Origin: Podarcis melisellensis
Taxonomy: Eukaryota
NCBI GenBank assembly: GCA_964234715.1
Contig: OZ174276.1
DNA: 64,000 bases
Reading direction: 5' to 3' (one strand)
Of this stretch, positions 52,464 through 63,620 are shown piece after piece. The notes beneath the pieces are model-generated. The model worked only from the letters and a program-made list of their open reading frames with translations. It searched no databases and was not told the origin of the DNA. Both the position numbers and the translations under genes were made by a program. The first letter of the stretch is position 1; every line of letters begins with the position of its first letter.

Positions 52464-55429
52464 ATGCAGAGGCTATGTAACATGAGGACTCAAGCTGCAG
52501 TTCCCTTGAATAATTACGCTGTGTATTCTTCCCATTATGAATACATGCCTGTTTCATTCTCTGGCACACGGCTCCTCTTTGCCTCATTTGCTGCACTTCG
52601 CTTTGGATGCTGATCCTCTTCTCCTTTACAGAGATTTCCCAGAACAGTGTACTCCCTGTGCTGTTCTCTCTGCCCACCCGCTCTTTGGGTTTTAATTCCT
52701 GTCCTCTTTTCTTCACTTTTGTTAATTCCCCCACTCCCTTTTCTTGTTCTCTGTTTCTGCTTTCCAGTTACGTCCAGATTTTCTTTTTCTTGCTGGCTTA
52801 TTTTTAACCCCAAGACTAGAAATGATTACATTTCTCCTTGGCTTTTCCAAATAAGTGAGTGAATTTATAAACAGGCGCTCAAACCTAAAGGCCATTGTGG
52901 AGGCTTAGCTGCAATAATGTGTAACTGAAAAGACATGGCGTAGTCTCTGTAGCAAGGTGTCAGTTCTGAAGCAGCATGGGGAACCCCAGTTCTTTGGGGC
53001 AAATTAGGGCTTCCAGGGGCCTTACTTGACCCATGAAGCTATTCCCCGCACTCATCCATGCCAACCTTCCCACATCCGACACCAGGTTTTGAGCAGGTAA
53101 AGCTGCAGCTGCAAAGGAACAATCAGGAGTGCTAGAGAGAAGTCCCAATTGCTCCTCTGCAAGCAGGGCTTACCTCCAGTGCCTTACAATGCAAATCATG
53201 CTGGAATTGGCTCCTTAGTGGAGCCAATCTCTGCTGCAAGCAGGGCTTGCATACTTCCTTTACATCCCTTATCAGAATCCATACACAGGATGCAAAGGAT
53301 ATCCCTTTGCAGCTGAGGCTCGATTCAAGTCACGCTTGCAAAGGAAGAAAACAAAGAAATGGGAGCATACTCTTAAATTTGGGTTTCCAATCCTTTCACT
53401 GCAAGTTAAGTTAAAGGCATCATGTGATTGACAAGTGGGCTGTGCTAACCCCCATCTCCACTGTCAAAGTGACTCACATGGGGAAGGAAGTTCAGGAGCT
53501 GGCTTAGATGCTTAGATGTTTCCCATTATTGCAGTATACAGACATATGCTACAGATATGTGTGCTTGTACCATAGGGCTGTGTGCATGCAGGCATGCGTG
53601 TACGTAATGAGATTCCTTTGCCATCCCTTTTTCTCCCACTCTACCCTGCCTCCACCTTTACATAACAATGGCACTTTGGGATTAATATGACCTGAACTAG
53701 GCAATTTGCTGAAGGGGCTTGAATTGGGTCAGGTATGGAAAGCCACAATCCAGATCTTCACTTACCTATGAAGCTCATTTGGGTGGCCTTAGGCAGGTCA
53801 CTGTTTGCCACCCTAACAGACCTGTTAGGGTTAGTGTGATGCATCTCAAAGCTTCTGGAAGAAAAGCTTGGAAGCAGCGAATAATACCTAATGTACTGTT
53901 TACATGGAATAAAGCTTTCCAGCCCCACTCACCACTTCTGTCTTCTCCCTAGTCAATCTTCATTCTCTCAGGTGACATTGCTTCTATGCACTTCTTCTCC
54001 GTTGCTAGAATACACACTCCTTTTCTAGCAAATTCTGCAAGCATTGACAATCTTTCTATAGCAAGGCAACCCCTGCCCCCTTCTGTTATGTGGGGATAGC
54101 ACAGCTGGTGTATAATGGCATCACTTTATAACAACCGGTGGTGCCGGGATTTCAAAGATTCCTGCAATCCCCTCTGAAGCCACTGAGTGCCACTGGTTTA
54201 CCATTTAAAACCTCTTCTGCAGGGATGATTTTAAAACAATCCCTATAGTATGCCTTATAACTGAGGAAACAGCTGGATGTGCTGTGATCCCCAAGTAGTG
54301 TGGTGCTGCTCTATAGATTGATGATTTCCCCCCGGGGGTTTTGTATTGAAATCTATTCAACTTTCCCCACTCAAATTGGCAAGGTCTGTTTTATTGTTGG
54401 GTCACGTGAACCTGCCTGCTTCATTGAGTAGTGAGGTAGACAGGACACTCTGATTTTTAGATATTCAAGATGCTCATTCTTCTCTACCACCAGATTTGTC
54501 TTCAGCTGAAGGCTATGGGAAATGAAGGTCACGTAGCTTAGGACCTTAGCCCCTTCTGATTTACTGTACCATCTGAAGTTTTTATTAAAGAAATCTGGAG
54601 GGCCTCAGTGAGGTTTTCTGTTGGAAGTAATTTGCAGCCTCCAGGGCTTCTCTTCTATTTGCCAGATGGGTTTAGCATTGCACGTGTTAGTTGGCATCTG
54701 TAGCTCCCTCTGTTCACAAAACATGCCATGGCCAAGGAATGTGCGGAAGAGGGTCAAGATGGCATCCACTTCCCCAGCCTGATGTGTGTTTGATGGAACT
54801 TGTGAATAGACCCTGTGTGAATACAAACTATGCATGTAGGCCAGGAATCCTACATAATCCGTCCCTCCATCTCCTCCAAAAGACACAGTGAGTTTTGCTT
54901 TTGGTTTTCCGGTGCATGCAACTCTCTGATGTGCTGCGAATTGATCATATAAGCTCACTAACTTAACTCTGCATAGTTTGTAAAAGAGTTTGAATGTTAG
55001 TGAAGTGAATGAGGATTAACCACCGTCCAAGCGAGATGCACAATTGCCCGTAGTATGAAGGGAAGCACTTCCTGCTTCAAATGAGGAATGTGTGCTCTTT
55101 CCCCTAACTCTGGCCAGGCCTAATCTAGGCCAGTGATGAGTCTGCCATTGGGATCAAGGGGTTGCCTACTCAGCAGGGAGAGAGAGAGAGGCTGGTATTG
55201 TCTATCTTGGCTTTTGCAGCAGTCCACAAAGTGCCTTTTAAAACAAAAGACTCAATCTGCTGTGTCATGTGCGTGTTGCTATATTAGTCTCCCTTGACTT
55301 CAGTCAGCTCAGGTTTCTATTTGCAGCCTGTTCATTTTGCCGCTGTTCTGAAGTGAGGGTGCCTGACTCCACATAAAAGAAACACAGAAAGCTCACAGAA
55401 GCTGCACAAGCTCAGAGATTTATTGACAG

Positions 55430-55860
55430 AGGGATGGTTGAATCGCCCATGTTCAGTTTATCTCAATTTCTCATTTTTCCAGTCTTAAACTCGGTTCTAC
55501 ATATTTCCGCATCAGGTTTTGATATTTTAAAGAGTTTTCGTAAAAATTCAGCACTTTAGTGCAAATTGCTCCGAATATTCACACGTTGATATGAAAGCTT
55601 GCCTAATATACATATTTTGGCAAAGCAATTTCCCCTAATATAAAACATGTTTTTGTGTTATTTTCACTGTTACAGGAATTTTAGGCACACTTCACCACAG
55701 CATGTTTTGTACACATTACTTGGCTGGAGAACTGCATTGCAAATTTTGGGAAAGTGCTAATTTCTACGGATGGCTGTGTTTCAGTTTGCATATTATTTCA
55801 CAAAGTGTGAATTAGAATTAGGCATGCTTGCCTTTCAATGCAACCTGAAGCAAATCCCCA
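55430..55860. mobile_element. AT-rich dispersed non-autonomous DNA element (partner of 34135-34470)
   Basis: Inverted similarity to the copy at 34.1-34.5 kb. Confidence 0.65.
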
Positions 55861-56263
55861 CTGTATAGATGTAGCTCAGCTAGCATAGAAGGGGTACCAC
55901 TCAGGGATTAAACCACGTCGTGTTTACAGTTGTTATGTGGTGCCATTTCCTGGGTAGGATCTGGAGCGAGAGCATTATTGCTCAGGACAGAGCTCATCCA
56001 GAAGGAACTTTTAATTCACAAAATGTTTTGCAATCCATCAGGGCAGCAGAAACTTTTCACTTGCCTGGTTTTAGGAAGGCAGAGTATGTGGAGGTTCATG
56101 ATGGGACAACACTTTGGTTCAACACATCTAAGGAGCAATGATGTTATTTCTTTACACCCCAACCAGTGCAGAGCTGAGTTGTATAGAAGCCCAAATGCCC
56201 TTTCCTAGATGGTGCAATAAAGGAAGCTCCTCCAAGGATCAGTGTTGTGAAGGGACAGGTTTC

Positions 56264-56590
56264 CTTTTTAAAAAAAATTTATTTATGCATTTTACATATC
56301 TTAATACATCAGTTATACAATTGTCATCGTTTATCTTACACTCCTTGACTTCCACACACATTCCTCCATGGGGTCCTATTTAGTCCTTGTTAAGCCCTAT
56401 CGCCTTAATTATCACCCCTCTTCTACTTATTTTAACTACTGCTCATATATCTAACTCCACTTGGAAGCTCATCTGATTGTTATATATTTTTTAATATTTG
56501 CCAGAGTATTCCTGCTCTTGTTTTACATCCGACTCATCTTGATTTCTTATCTTTGCAGTCGACATTGCTAGCTCCACATATTCTATTCTA
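56264..56590 (-). mobile_element. L1-type LINE 3' end fragment
   Basis: The - strand reads IEYVELAMSTAKIRNQDESDVKQE, resembling the C-terminus of squamate L1 ORF2. A short UTR, AATAAA (56278-56283) and an A/T tail follow. Confidence 0.6.
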
Positions 56591-56959
56591 TTAGCTTATT
56601 CTGCCAGAATGGCAGAAGGTACATGTTCCCAAAGTTTTGGGGCTTGCTGGTCTGCGACACAAAGGCCATGATTCCTCCTCATCTTCCAGTTAGCCCCTAA
56701 CCAAGCAAACAGTGATCACTTCCTAGTCAACAAATCTTTTTCTCTTTGCTGCGTGGTTGCTTTTCTTCACTCCTGGAAGCCTGATGTGATTTGGAAGCGC
56801 CTGCCATGAGGTCACATAACAGGAGTGACTCTGGTCTGCTGGCGTTTTGGGAGCTGAATGACTGCAGCCCATTCCTTGAAGTCGTCTCCATTTCCCATGT
56901 GCTCTCGAATGGCTTCTCTGGGGTGAGAAAAATGGAAGACAGTATCTCCAGCTGCTGAG

Positions 56960-57040
56960 CTGTGACCCCAAGAACAGTATTTCCAGGAATCCCCCTCTTA
57001 TCATCTAAGGGATTCCTGGGAAAACTGGACCCCGAGGACA
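56960..57040 (-). ncRNA. MIR145: pre-miR-145 hairpin (5p 57008-57030; 3p 56971-56992)
   Basis: The - strand has GUCCAGUUUUCCCAGGAAUCCCU and GGAUUCCUGGAAAUACUGUUCU as complementary arms around a short loop. Confidence 0.99.
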
Positions 57041-57630
57041 CAGTGTGGGTTGGGCTGACAGCAAGGATAGCCTTCAGTTTGTTCCTTCACATCCTGCTGC
57101 AGGTTGAGCTTTTCTTATGTGATGCTGCTAAGACAGGCCTCGAATGGAAGAGCTTTTTTGCTTAGACTCAATGCTCCGTATTGCCACTTGGTGGTGCCTC
57201 TGAGGAAGCGCTGGGCTGGAGTTGCATTCTGTTTTCCAAAGCATGAGCACTCCAAGAAAAAACACATCACACACCTCTTGGTAAAAGGCAGCAGCAACAG
57301 TGGTGGGGATTTGTTATAAAAAGCATATTCTCTGTATGGAGATATGAACATATAAGGTGCAAACTATGACACAAATGCTCCCCACAGGGTTGTTATTCTG
57401 TAGACCACCACTTTCTGGGCAGCAACAAAGAGCCCCCTCTCTGCTTATAATATTTCCTATAAGCAGTTGTTGTCTCCAGAGTGCTCTTCTTGCTTAGCCT
57501 TCAGCCCTTGCAGCCACAGTCCAGTTGAATTCTTCTGCCCCCTGGATCAATTCAGTAGAAATACCTGCCAGGGCTTCTCTGGCTCCACGCAGCTCATCCG
57601 AGGAGAGGTAAGTTTCTCTTCCGTTGCATC

Positions 57631-57714
57631 GTTCCTCCCTTCCCGAGCTACAGTGCTTCATCTCAGACTCACAACTGACCAGAGATGCAGCACTGCACCT
57701 TGGGCTGGGAGACA
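57631..57714 (-). ncRNA. MIR143: pre-miR-143 hairpin (5p 57678-57699; 3p 57645-57665)
   Basis: The - strand has GGUGCAGUGCUGCAUCUCUGGU and UGAGAUGAAGCACUGUAGCUC, with loop caguugugaguc. Confidence 0.99.
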
Positions 57715-58924
57715 TCGAAGGTCTTCTTGTTTTCATCCATTTGTCAGGCAACCTCCTCTCACAAGAGCTATCATGAGGGAAGGAAGAAAGGTGCAGAGAA
57801 GAAGAACAACAACAGGATTTGGGTAGGCTGTTGGTTTGCCACATTTCTCTACCACCAAGCAACCTTTCCCATATGAAGTCCCCTTCTGAGAGACCCTGAG
57901 CATCTATTAGAGCACCCAAAGGATTCTGGGGGCATATTCTAGGTGTTCTTTCTGTTCATGCAGGGTGTCCGCCTAGGCCTGATCAAACATTCTCTTGGAG
58001 TCAAAGCTGATACAAGGAGATTTTATGGCCTTGTGTCAGGACTTATCCACACTTAACATGCCCTCCAACAACTTAAAAGCCAAAATCTGGGATGCCACCT
58101 TCTCAGACACCATCTTCCCATTTTTTAATCGCAAGAGCACAAAGGCCACTTTGGCCGCTGTGATACCGTATGACTTTGCACGGCAGTTTCATCCCCCCAA
58201 AGTGTTTTTTTCAGGTACAGCACCCAAAACACACATTTTGGGGGCGAGATCGCAGTCTCTCCAAAAGCACTTTTTCAGGGGGAGAAATCACACTGTGAAA
58301 TCATGCGAAATCATGACAACCAAAATGGCCACTGTTCTCGCGATAAATAATGGGAAGTCCCAGTTTTCCCGGGGCACTTTAGTGTCTAAGCATTCTTTTT
58401 CTTCTTTTTTTGGTCCTAGAACTATGCCCTGTGAAAACCTGCTCTTTAAATGACAATTTGGTTTTTCCGCAGATTGTCGTTTGCTCTGAATCAGCTTCAG
58501 AGAGCAGGTTTTCATGGGGAAAGCTCTGGGGCAAAAAAAAAAAAAAAAAAAGAGCACTCAGATATGGTGCTTTCCATGCCTGGAAAGAGTGGGTCAAAAG
58601 ATAAGTGTGGATAAGCCCTTACTTGAAGCAAGGCTGCAGAGTTGGCAAATAGGCAGGGGTTCTGGTATTCCTGCACCCATGCTGCAGGGCATCTTATAGG
58701 GATCTAGATGACGTAGAGCTACTTGGAAAATCCTCAGTGCATCAAGGCCATATCTGTCTAGGTGCTCACACACAATTCAGGTATGTTTACCGAGAAGGTA
58801 ATCTCAAGGTAATTTTTTTTTAGGGAGCTGGTATTGGGGCTAGCACGTTGCAAACTGATCAAGGAGCCCCAGCTTAAAATAATCTACCAGCCGGAAAGAT
58901 CTTATGAGGTGAACTTGGCCCTTT

Positions 58925-59045
58925 TGCTTTCTCTTAGCCTCACCCATCTCTGAGGGTTGTTGTGAGGGTTAAAAGGGGTAACTGTAATTGTTATCCTGAG
59001 CTCTTTGAAGGAAAAACAGGATTTAAAAAAATGTAATGAATAAAA
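58925..59045 (+). mobile_element. SINE 3' part (same family as 46405 and 63470)
   Basis: agcctcacccatctctgagggttgttgtgaggg...tgagctctttgaagga...aataaa. Confidence 0.6.
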
Positions 59046-59375
59046 TGTCTGCATGGAACTCAACCTACTAGGCTGGGAGGAGTGCTGGAAGGCCTTTCCT
59101 AAATCCATTGCTGTATTACGGGCCTACCAAGGAACTATCACCCAAGACAATAACAGGACATTTGGCCAGGAGCTGTTGCTGCTCAGAACAAAAGCAGATT
59201 ACTGTTGGCACTGTGAATGTTTCGGGCATGAAAACTGAGCTCAGTGGAGATTCTGCCAAGGCAATTACAGTGATTTTTGCACAATCGGCTTTTTGTGCAC
59301 GTGCATTTGTCTTCCAGTGGTAACAGACAATCCACTTGCTTTCTCTTAGGATGGAGCTTTTGTTGCAAGGATCTA

Positions 59376-59385
59376 CCTTTATTGG
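59376..59385. promoter_or_regulatory. CArG box (SRF site) ~1.7 kb upstream of miR-143
   Basis: CCTTTATTGG is a perfect CC(A/T)6GG. The cluster is a known SRF/myocardin target in mammals. Confidence 0.5.
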
Positions 59386-59556
59386 AGTTACTAAAATGCT
59401 ATATTTTTAGCCGAGGATAATGCAGTGCATTTTCTACACAATGCATTCACAGCTGGCATGAATTATGCTTGCATTTGGTAGGTATAGTTTGACATTGATG
59501 CTAGCAAGCTAGATAATTTATGGTACGGTGTCAGGCGGACATTTCAGCCACCTTGG

Positions 59557-60372
59557 GGATCCTTAGCTATGCTTGGCTTTGCCCTACAATGGGACAGGAA
59601 GTCAGATGTGAGATAACCAGCTGGATAGCTGTCTTCTTAGAAATGAATAAGTTACCATAAGAACAAAAATCTGGTTTATGTAAGCTTTCATAGATGCTCC
59701 AATGATGTATTGGTCATGTTGCATTTAGAAGCTATGCTTGACCTCTGGCCATTCAAGGACCAGAAGCAAGGTGATAAAATCCAGGGTGCAGTTAGGAGCT
59801 AATGACACCAAGCTAATATTAAGACCTTTCCACCTTCGGGGGAAATTTTTGAGGGTCTTGTGCCCAGCTGTGAGATGGGTCAAAGAACTGAGGCCAAATT
59901 GGGCTTGAGGCAAATTCTGCAGTTTAAATGTGAGGTATGTCCCATAAAAGGGTAACCAAATGAAGAGTTCACTATCTACTAGACCCAGTAATTCTATTCT
60001 GTCATAACTTTGACATAGTCAAAATATTTCTTAAGTCTTTTCATTTAAATAGGGAACGTCTGTTTTGTTAAGCAAACTGACTTCCAAACTCCTGTTTGCT
60101 AACTCCTGAGATACCTTGAATGATCACTCATTCGTTACATTAAGATATATCTGTCACTTTAAAAACATTACATATTTATTCATTCCAATTTCATTACAGT
60201 TCCATTATACTTAGCTTCACTTTTTCTCATAAGATAAATCAGTCTCTGTAATCAGCCTTTGATCCAAAAGAGATAATTCTGTCTTTCATTCTTGTTTGTA
60301 GTAGGATCCTTAGGGGACTATGATCCGCTTTGCCCAAGAATGGAATAATAGGAGATCAGATGTGAGATAACC
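59557..60372. repeat. Diverged direct repeat pair (59557-59618 and 60304-60372)
   Basis: Both copies read ggatccttag...ctatg...gctttgccc...aatgg...tcagatgtgagataacc. Confidence 0.85.
59942..59951. promoter_or_regulatory. CArG box (SRF site) ~2.2 kb upstream of miR-143
   Basis: CCATAAAAGG is a perfect CC(A/T)6GG. Confidence 0.5.
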
Positions 60373-60682
60373 TTGGTAAAATCATTAAATTCTAAAATTA
60401 AGCTGCTCATTCTGATTTCCAACTGACTACAGGATGAGCTAAGACTTAGCGGAGACAGTGTTGAAAGCCTTTGCATTTTTGTCTATGGGAAAGCTCTGGC
60501 ATTCTCCTGCAGCGATCCATCTGGCTGAAGTGCCAGCAGGAAACAGGAGACTCCAAGGGAAGGATCTGGATCGCTCCTAGGGCTTTGTCAACCACTGCAA
60601 CACCTTCCCCAACACCCCCTTCAGGGAACTGAACCACATGCAATCCAGTAGCATCAGTAGCAGCTGGTGGAGTGGAGTGGCA

Positions 60683-60863
60683 TTGCTTACCTGGCTTCCC
60701 AACATGGAGGTCACTGGGGAGTGGGGAGGCAGAAAACAGGTTGGTGTGGATGAAGAATCAGGAGTGTCGGGATGGTTCTGCCACTGTGCTTGCACTGTGC
60801 TGACCACCCCACTGCCTCTTGGCTACCAGCAACAACCTCCACATAGGGCAGCCAGGTAAGCAA
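60683..60863. repeat. Inverted repeat / MITE-like element with 29-bp arms
   Basis: ttgcttacctggcttcccaacatggaggt (60683-60711) matches the reverse complement of 60835-60863 at 25/29 positions. Confidence 0.75.
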
Positions 60864-60993
60864 CAGCCCCTCATCCCACTAAGCCACCTGCTACTGATGC
60901 AATCTGAGAAGGACTCAAGTGGCAAGGAATTAATGAACATTGGAAGAACCTTTATGCATCACCAGAGAAGCAGTAACGTGCCTTGCTGCAGAG

Positions 60994-61125
60994 CAGGGAT
61001 GGGGAACCTGTGCCGCCCCCTCCCCACGATGTTGTTGGACTCCAACTCTAGTATCTGATTATTGGCCATCCTGCCTGGAGTTGGAGTCAGACAACATCTG
61101 GAGTGCCACAGACTGCCCACCCCTG
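60994..61125. mobile_element. hAT-like MITE copy with both ends
   Basis: cagggatggggaacctgtg...cacagactgcccacccctg, with degenerate 8-bp flanks ctgcagag / ttgtaaag. Confidence 0.7.
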
Positions 61126-61723
61126 TTGTAAAGGAGAAAATGGGTCCCCAGCTGCGTTACACCTTGAGGAAGCACAGGGATTTTCACCGAGGGGAGTCTT
61201 CTCCCGTGAGCGAAGGACGACAGTGCGGTCTCCATACCTCCCAGCGGAGATGACCATTTGGAAAGCTCACGCTGGGGAAGGAGGTGAGCAAGACACCAAA
61301 CGGTGACTTTCCCAGGCAAAAGCAAACATCCTGTGTGATCCTTACTAGGCACAAAGTATGGTAAACAGAGCATCTGTCATAACCACATCCTTCTGCTGCA
61401 GTCCAGCAGCCTCTGTCACCAGGCAGCCAGGAACAAGCACTTCACAACAACCTGACAAGAAGCAGATGGCAGCTCCAGGGGCTGCAGCTCCATCCGGCTC
61501 CTTGGCAGCCTCTCCTTCCCCTCAGCTCTAAGCACAGCCCTCAGAAATTATCCCCACCACCCCTCTCCTCCTCCTTCACCAGGCAGACACAGTACAGGGA
61601 GAGGTGTGTGCTGTGTGATAGAGAAAGGAAGGTTCTGTCGCTAACGCCAGCAGAGAGAGAGAGAGCAGGGCCCTAATCACCCTTTGAGAAGCAAGGCACT
61701 CATTTCCTCATGCTACGAATCAT

Positions 61724-61915
61724 NNNNNNNNNNNNNNNNNNNNNNNNNNNNNNNNNNNNNNNNNNNNNNNNNNNNNNNNNNNNNNNNNNNNNNNNNNNNN
61801 NNNNNNNNNNNNNNNNNNNNNNNNNNNNNNNNNNNNNNNNNNNNNNNNNNNNNNNNNNNNNNNNNNNNNNNNNNNNNNNNNNNNNNNNNNNNNNNNNNNN
61901 NNNNNNNNNNNNNNN
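61724..61915. other. Assembly gap (N run)
   Basis: 192 consecutive N. Confidence 1.
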
Positions 61916-62238
61916 GTAGAAGAAAACAGCAATTCCCAAACATGAGACAATTGGTTTCCGCAGCATTTGCCAGATGCTGGAAGACACTGCTGTATAACAT
62001 GCAAGCAAAACACCTTTCATCAGGGGTCCTATGAGCTTTCTAGATGCCTGAATTTCACACCGGAATACACACTCCTGTATATGCTGATGCATTGACCTTC
62101 TCTGAAATTTACCGGTGACCATTCAATATGTGCCACATCTGCATCTTTGCTTGGCTTCTGAAAAGGATCTGAGCATTTTTTCTTTCTTTTGTAGCTCTGA
62201 TTCCATAGCTGGAGGAAAGGTAGGAGAGACTGGCTTAC

Positions 62239-62465
62239 CAAGTCTTGAGATCATCTGAAAAACTCACCAAAAACTCCCCGATCTGTAAAATCTGTGTTTC
62301 AGAAACCCTGCCAAACACAACATTATATCCAGACAGAGAATAGATTTGGGTTGGGAACCGAAAGTTATAGCCAAGTTTGGGAATGAGCCACAATGAGTCA
62401 AAGGGACAGGGAGAACGAAAGGACAAGACGTCATTGCCCAAATAGTTTCCAAAAATGATAAATCT
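62239..62465 (-). ncRNA. Candidate exon of the miR-143/145 host transcript (CARMN-like)
   Basis: On the - strand, acceptor ttttttgcttttcattttatgtttgcag| and donor TTG|gtaagc. It is on the same strand as, and upstream of, the miRNAs. Confidence 0.35.
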
Positions 62466-63449
62466 CTGCAAACATAAAATGAAAAGCAAAAAAGCCACAG
62501 TCATTTGTGGAAGGTGACATCTAGTGTTTCTTTTCATCTTCCGAACCTTTGAACCATGCCTCCACCCTAACCCATGCCAGCCATAAACCAAAGCTTGGTT
62601 AAGCATACTTTAGATAATTGATTAGAATGGGCTTAGGCATGCCTAGTTCTGTGCTGGACTGTAGCCAGTGTGTATCTACACTCAGCTGGCTCAGAGGCCA
62701 GTCCACCTCCCCAGGGAACTGTAGGAACTATAGTTCTGTCTGTGAGAAACCTAACGTAGCCAGGAACCGGTCATCAGCAAGCTACATTTCCTAGGATTGT
62801 TTATGGCAGGGTTGAGCAGTGTAACATATTGGACCAATAACATCATTACCATCATTACACTCACAATGATATCGTGACCTCACGCTCATTTTAAAAGAGA
62901 AGCAAAATTGGGTGAAACTAGATTTTGATGGACTGGCACCAGTCACAGTCTTGCTATGGACTAGCGTCCTGAGCTAGCTTGCCACCTGCGACTGTTTCTC
63001 AAGATTGGCTGTCCATTGTCCTTTGCAAGGCTTCCAATCCTCAGACGTGTGACTGCTTCTCCCAGTAGCCAATCCTGTAAGAAATGCAGAAAAGAACAGG
63101 TATCAGCCAGTGATCCCAAGAGCTACATCAAAAGGGTCAAAGGCATATCCAACTCTGAATTCCCTCGTCTGGACGTGACCTACTGGAGATATCATGGTAC
63201 TAGTTCCCCGCCAGTCATGGGAGAAGCAAGTATTTTCCAGGTATCATACAGCGAGGTACAGCAATGGGAAGCCTGAACAATCCCACGCAGGAAATGACAA
63301 TCTCACTTCTGTGATAAGTGCTTGACTTCCTCCATTCACAACACCGTCCACCTCTTCTTGTAAGACACCACTACTTTCAAGGTATAAAGGAACTGAACAT
63401 GATGAACCATGCAAAACCAACCCTATCTCTTAAGATTCATTTTTAAAAT

Positions 63450-63620
63450 ATTACTATTACATTCTGCACTTTCCCGTTTTATCCTCTCAACAACCCTCTG
63501 AGGTAGGCCAAGCTGAGGGAAGGCGACTGGCCCAAGGTCACCCAGCCAGCTTCCTGGCTGAGTGAGTTGAACCCTGATCCCCTACCTCCTCGTCCAACAC
63601 TCTAACCACTGCACCACATT
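63450..63620 (-). mobile_element. tRNA-derived squamate SINE
   Basis: The - strand begins tgtggtgcagtggttagagtgttggac...ggttcaac and continues ...ctgggtgaccttgggccagtc...cctacctcagagggttgttg. Confidence 0.8.

Noticed and set aside
57467-58453. ORFs of 119-152 aa over and near miR-143
   Set aside because: No homology that I recognise. They overlap the miRNA hairpin or degraded repeat sequence.
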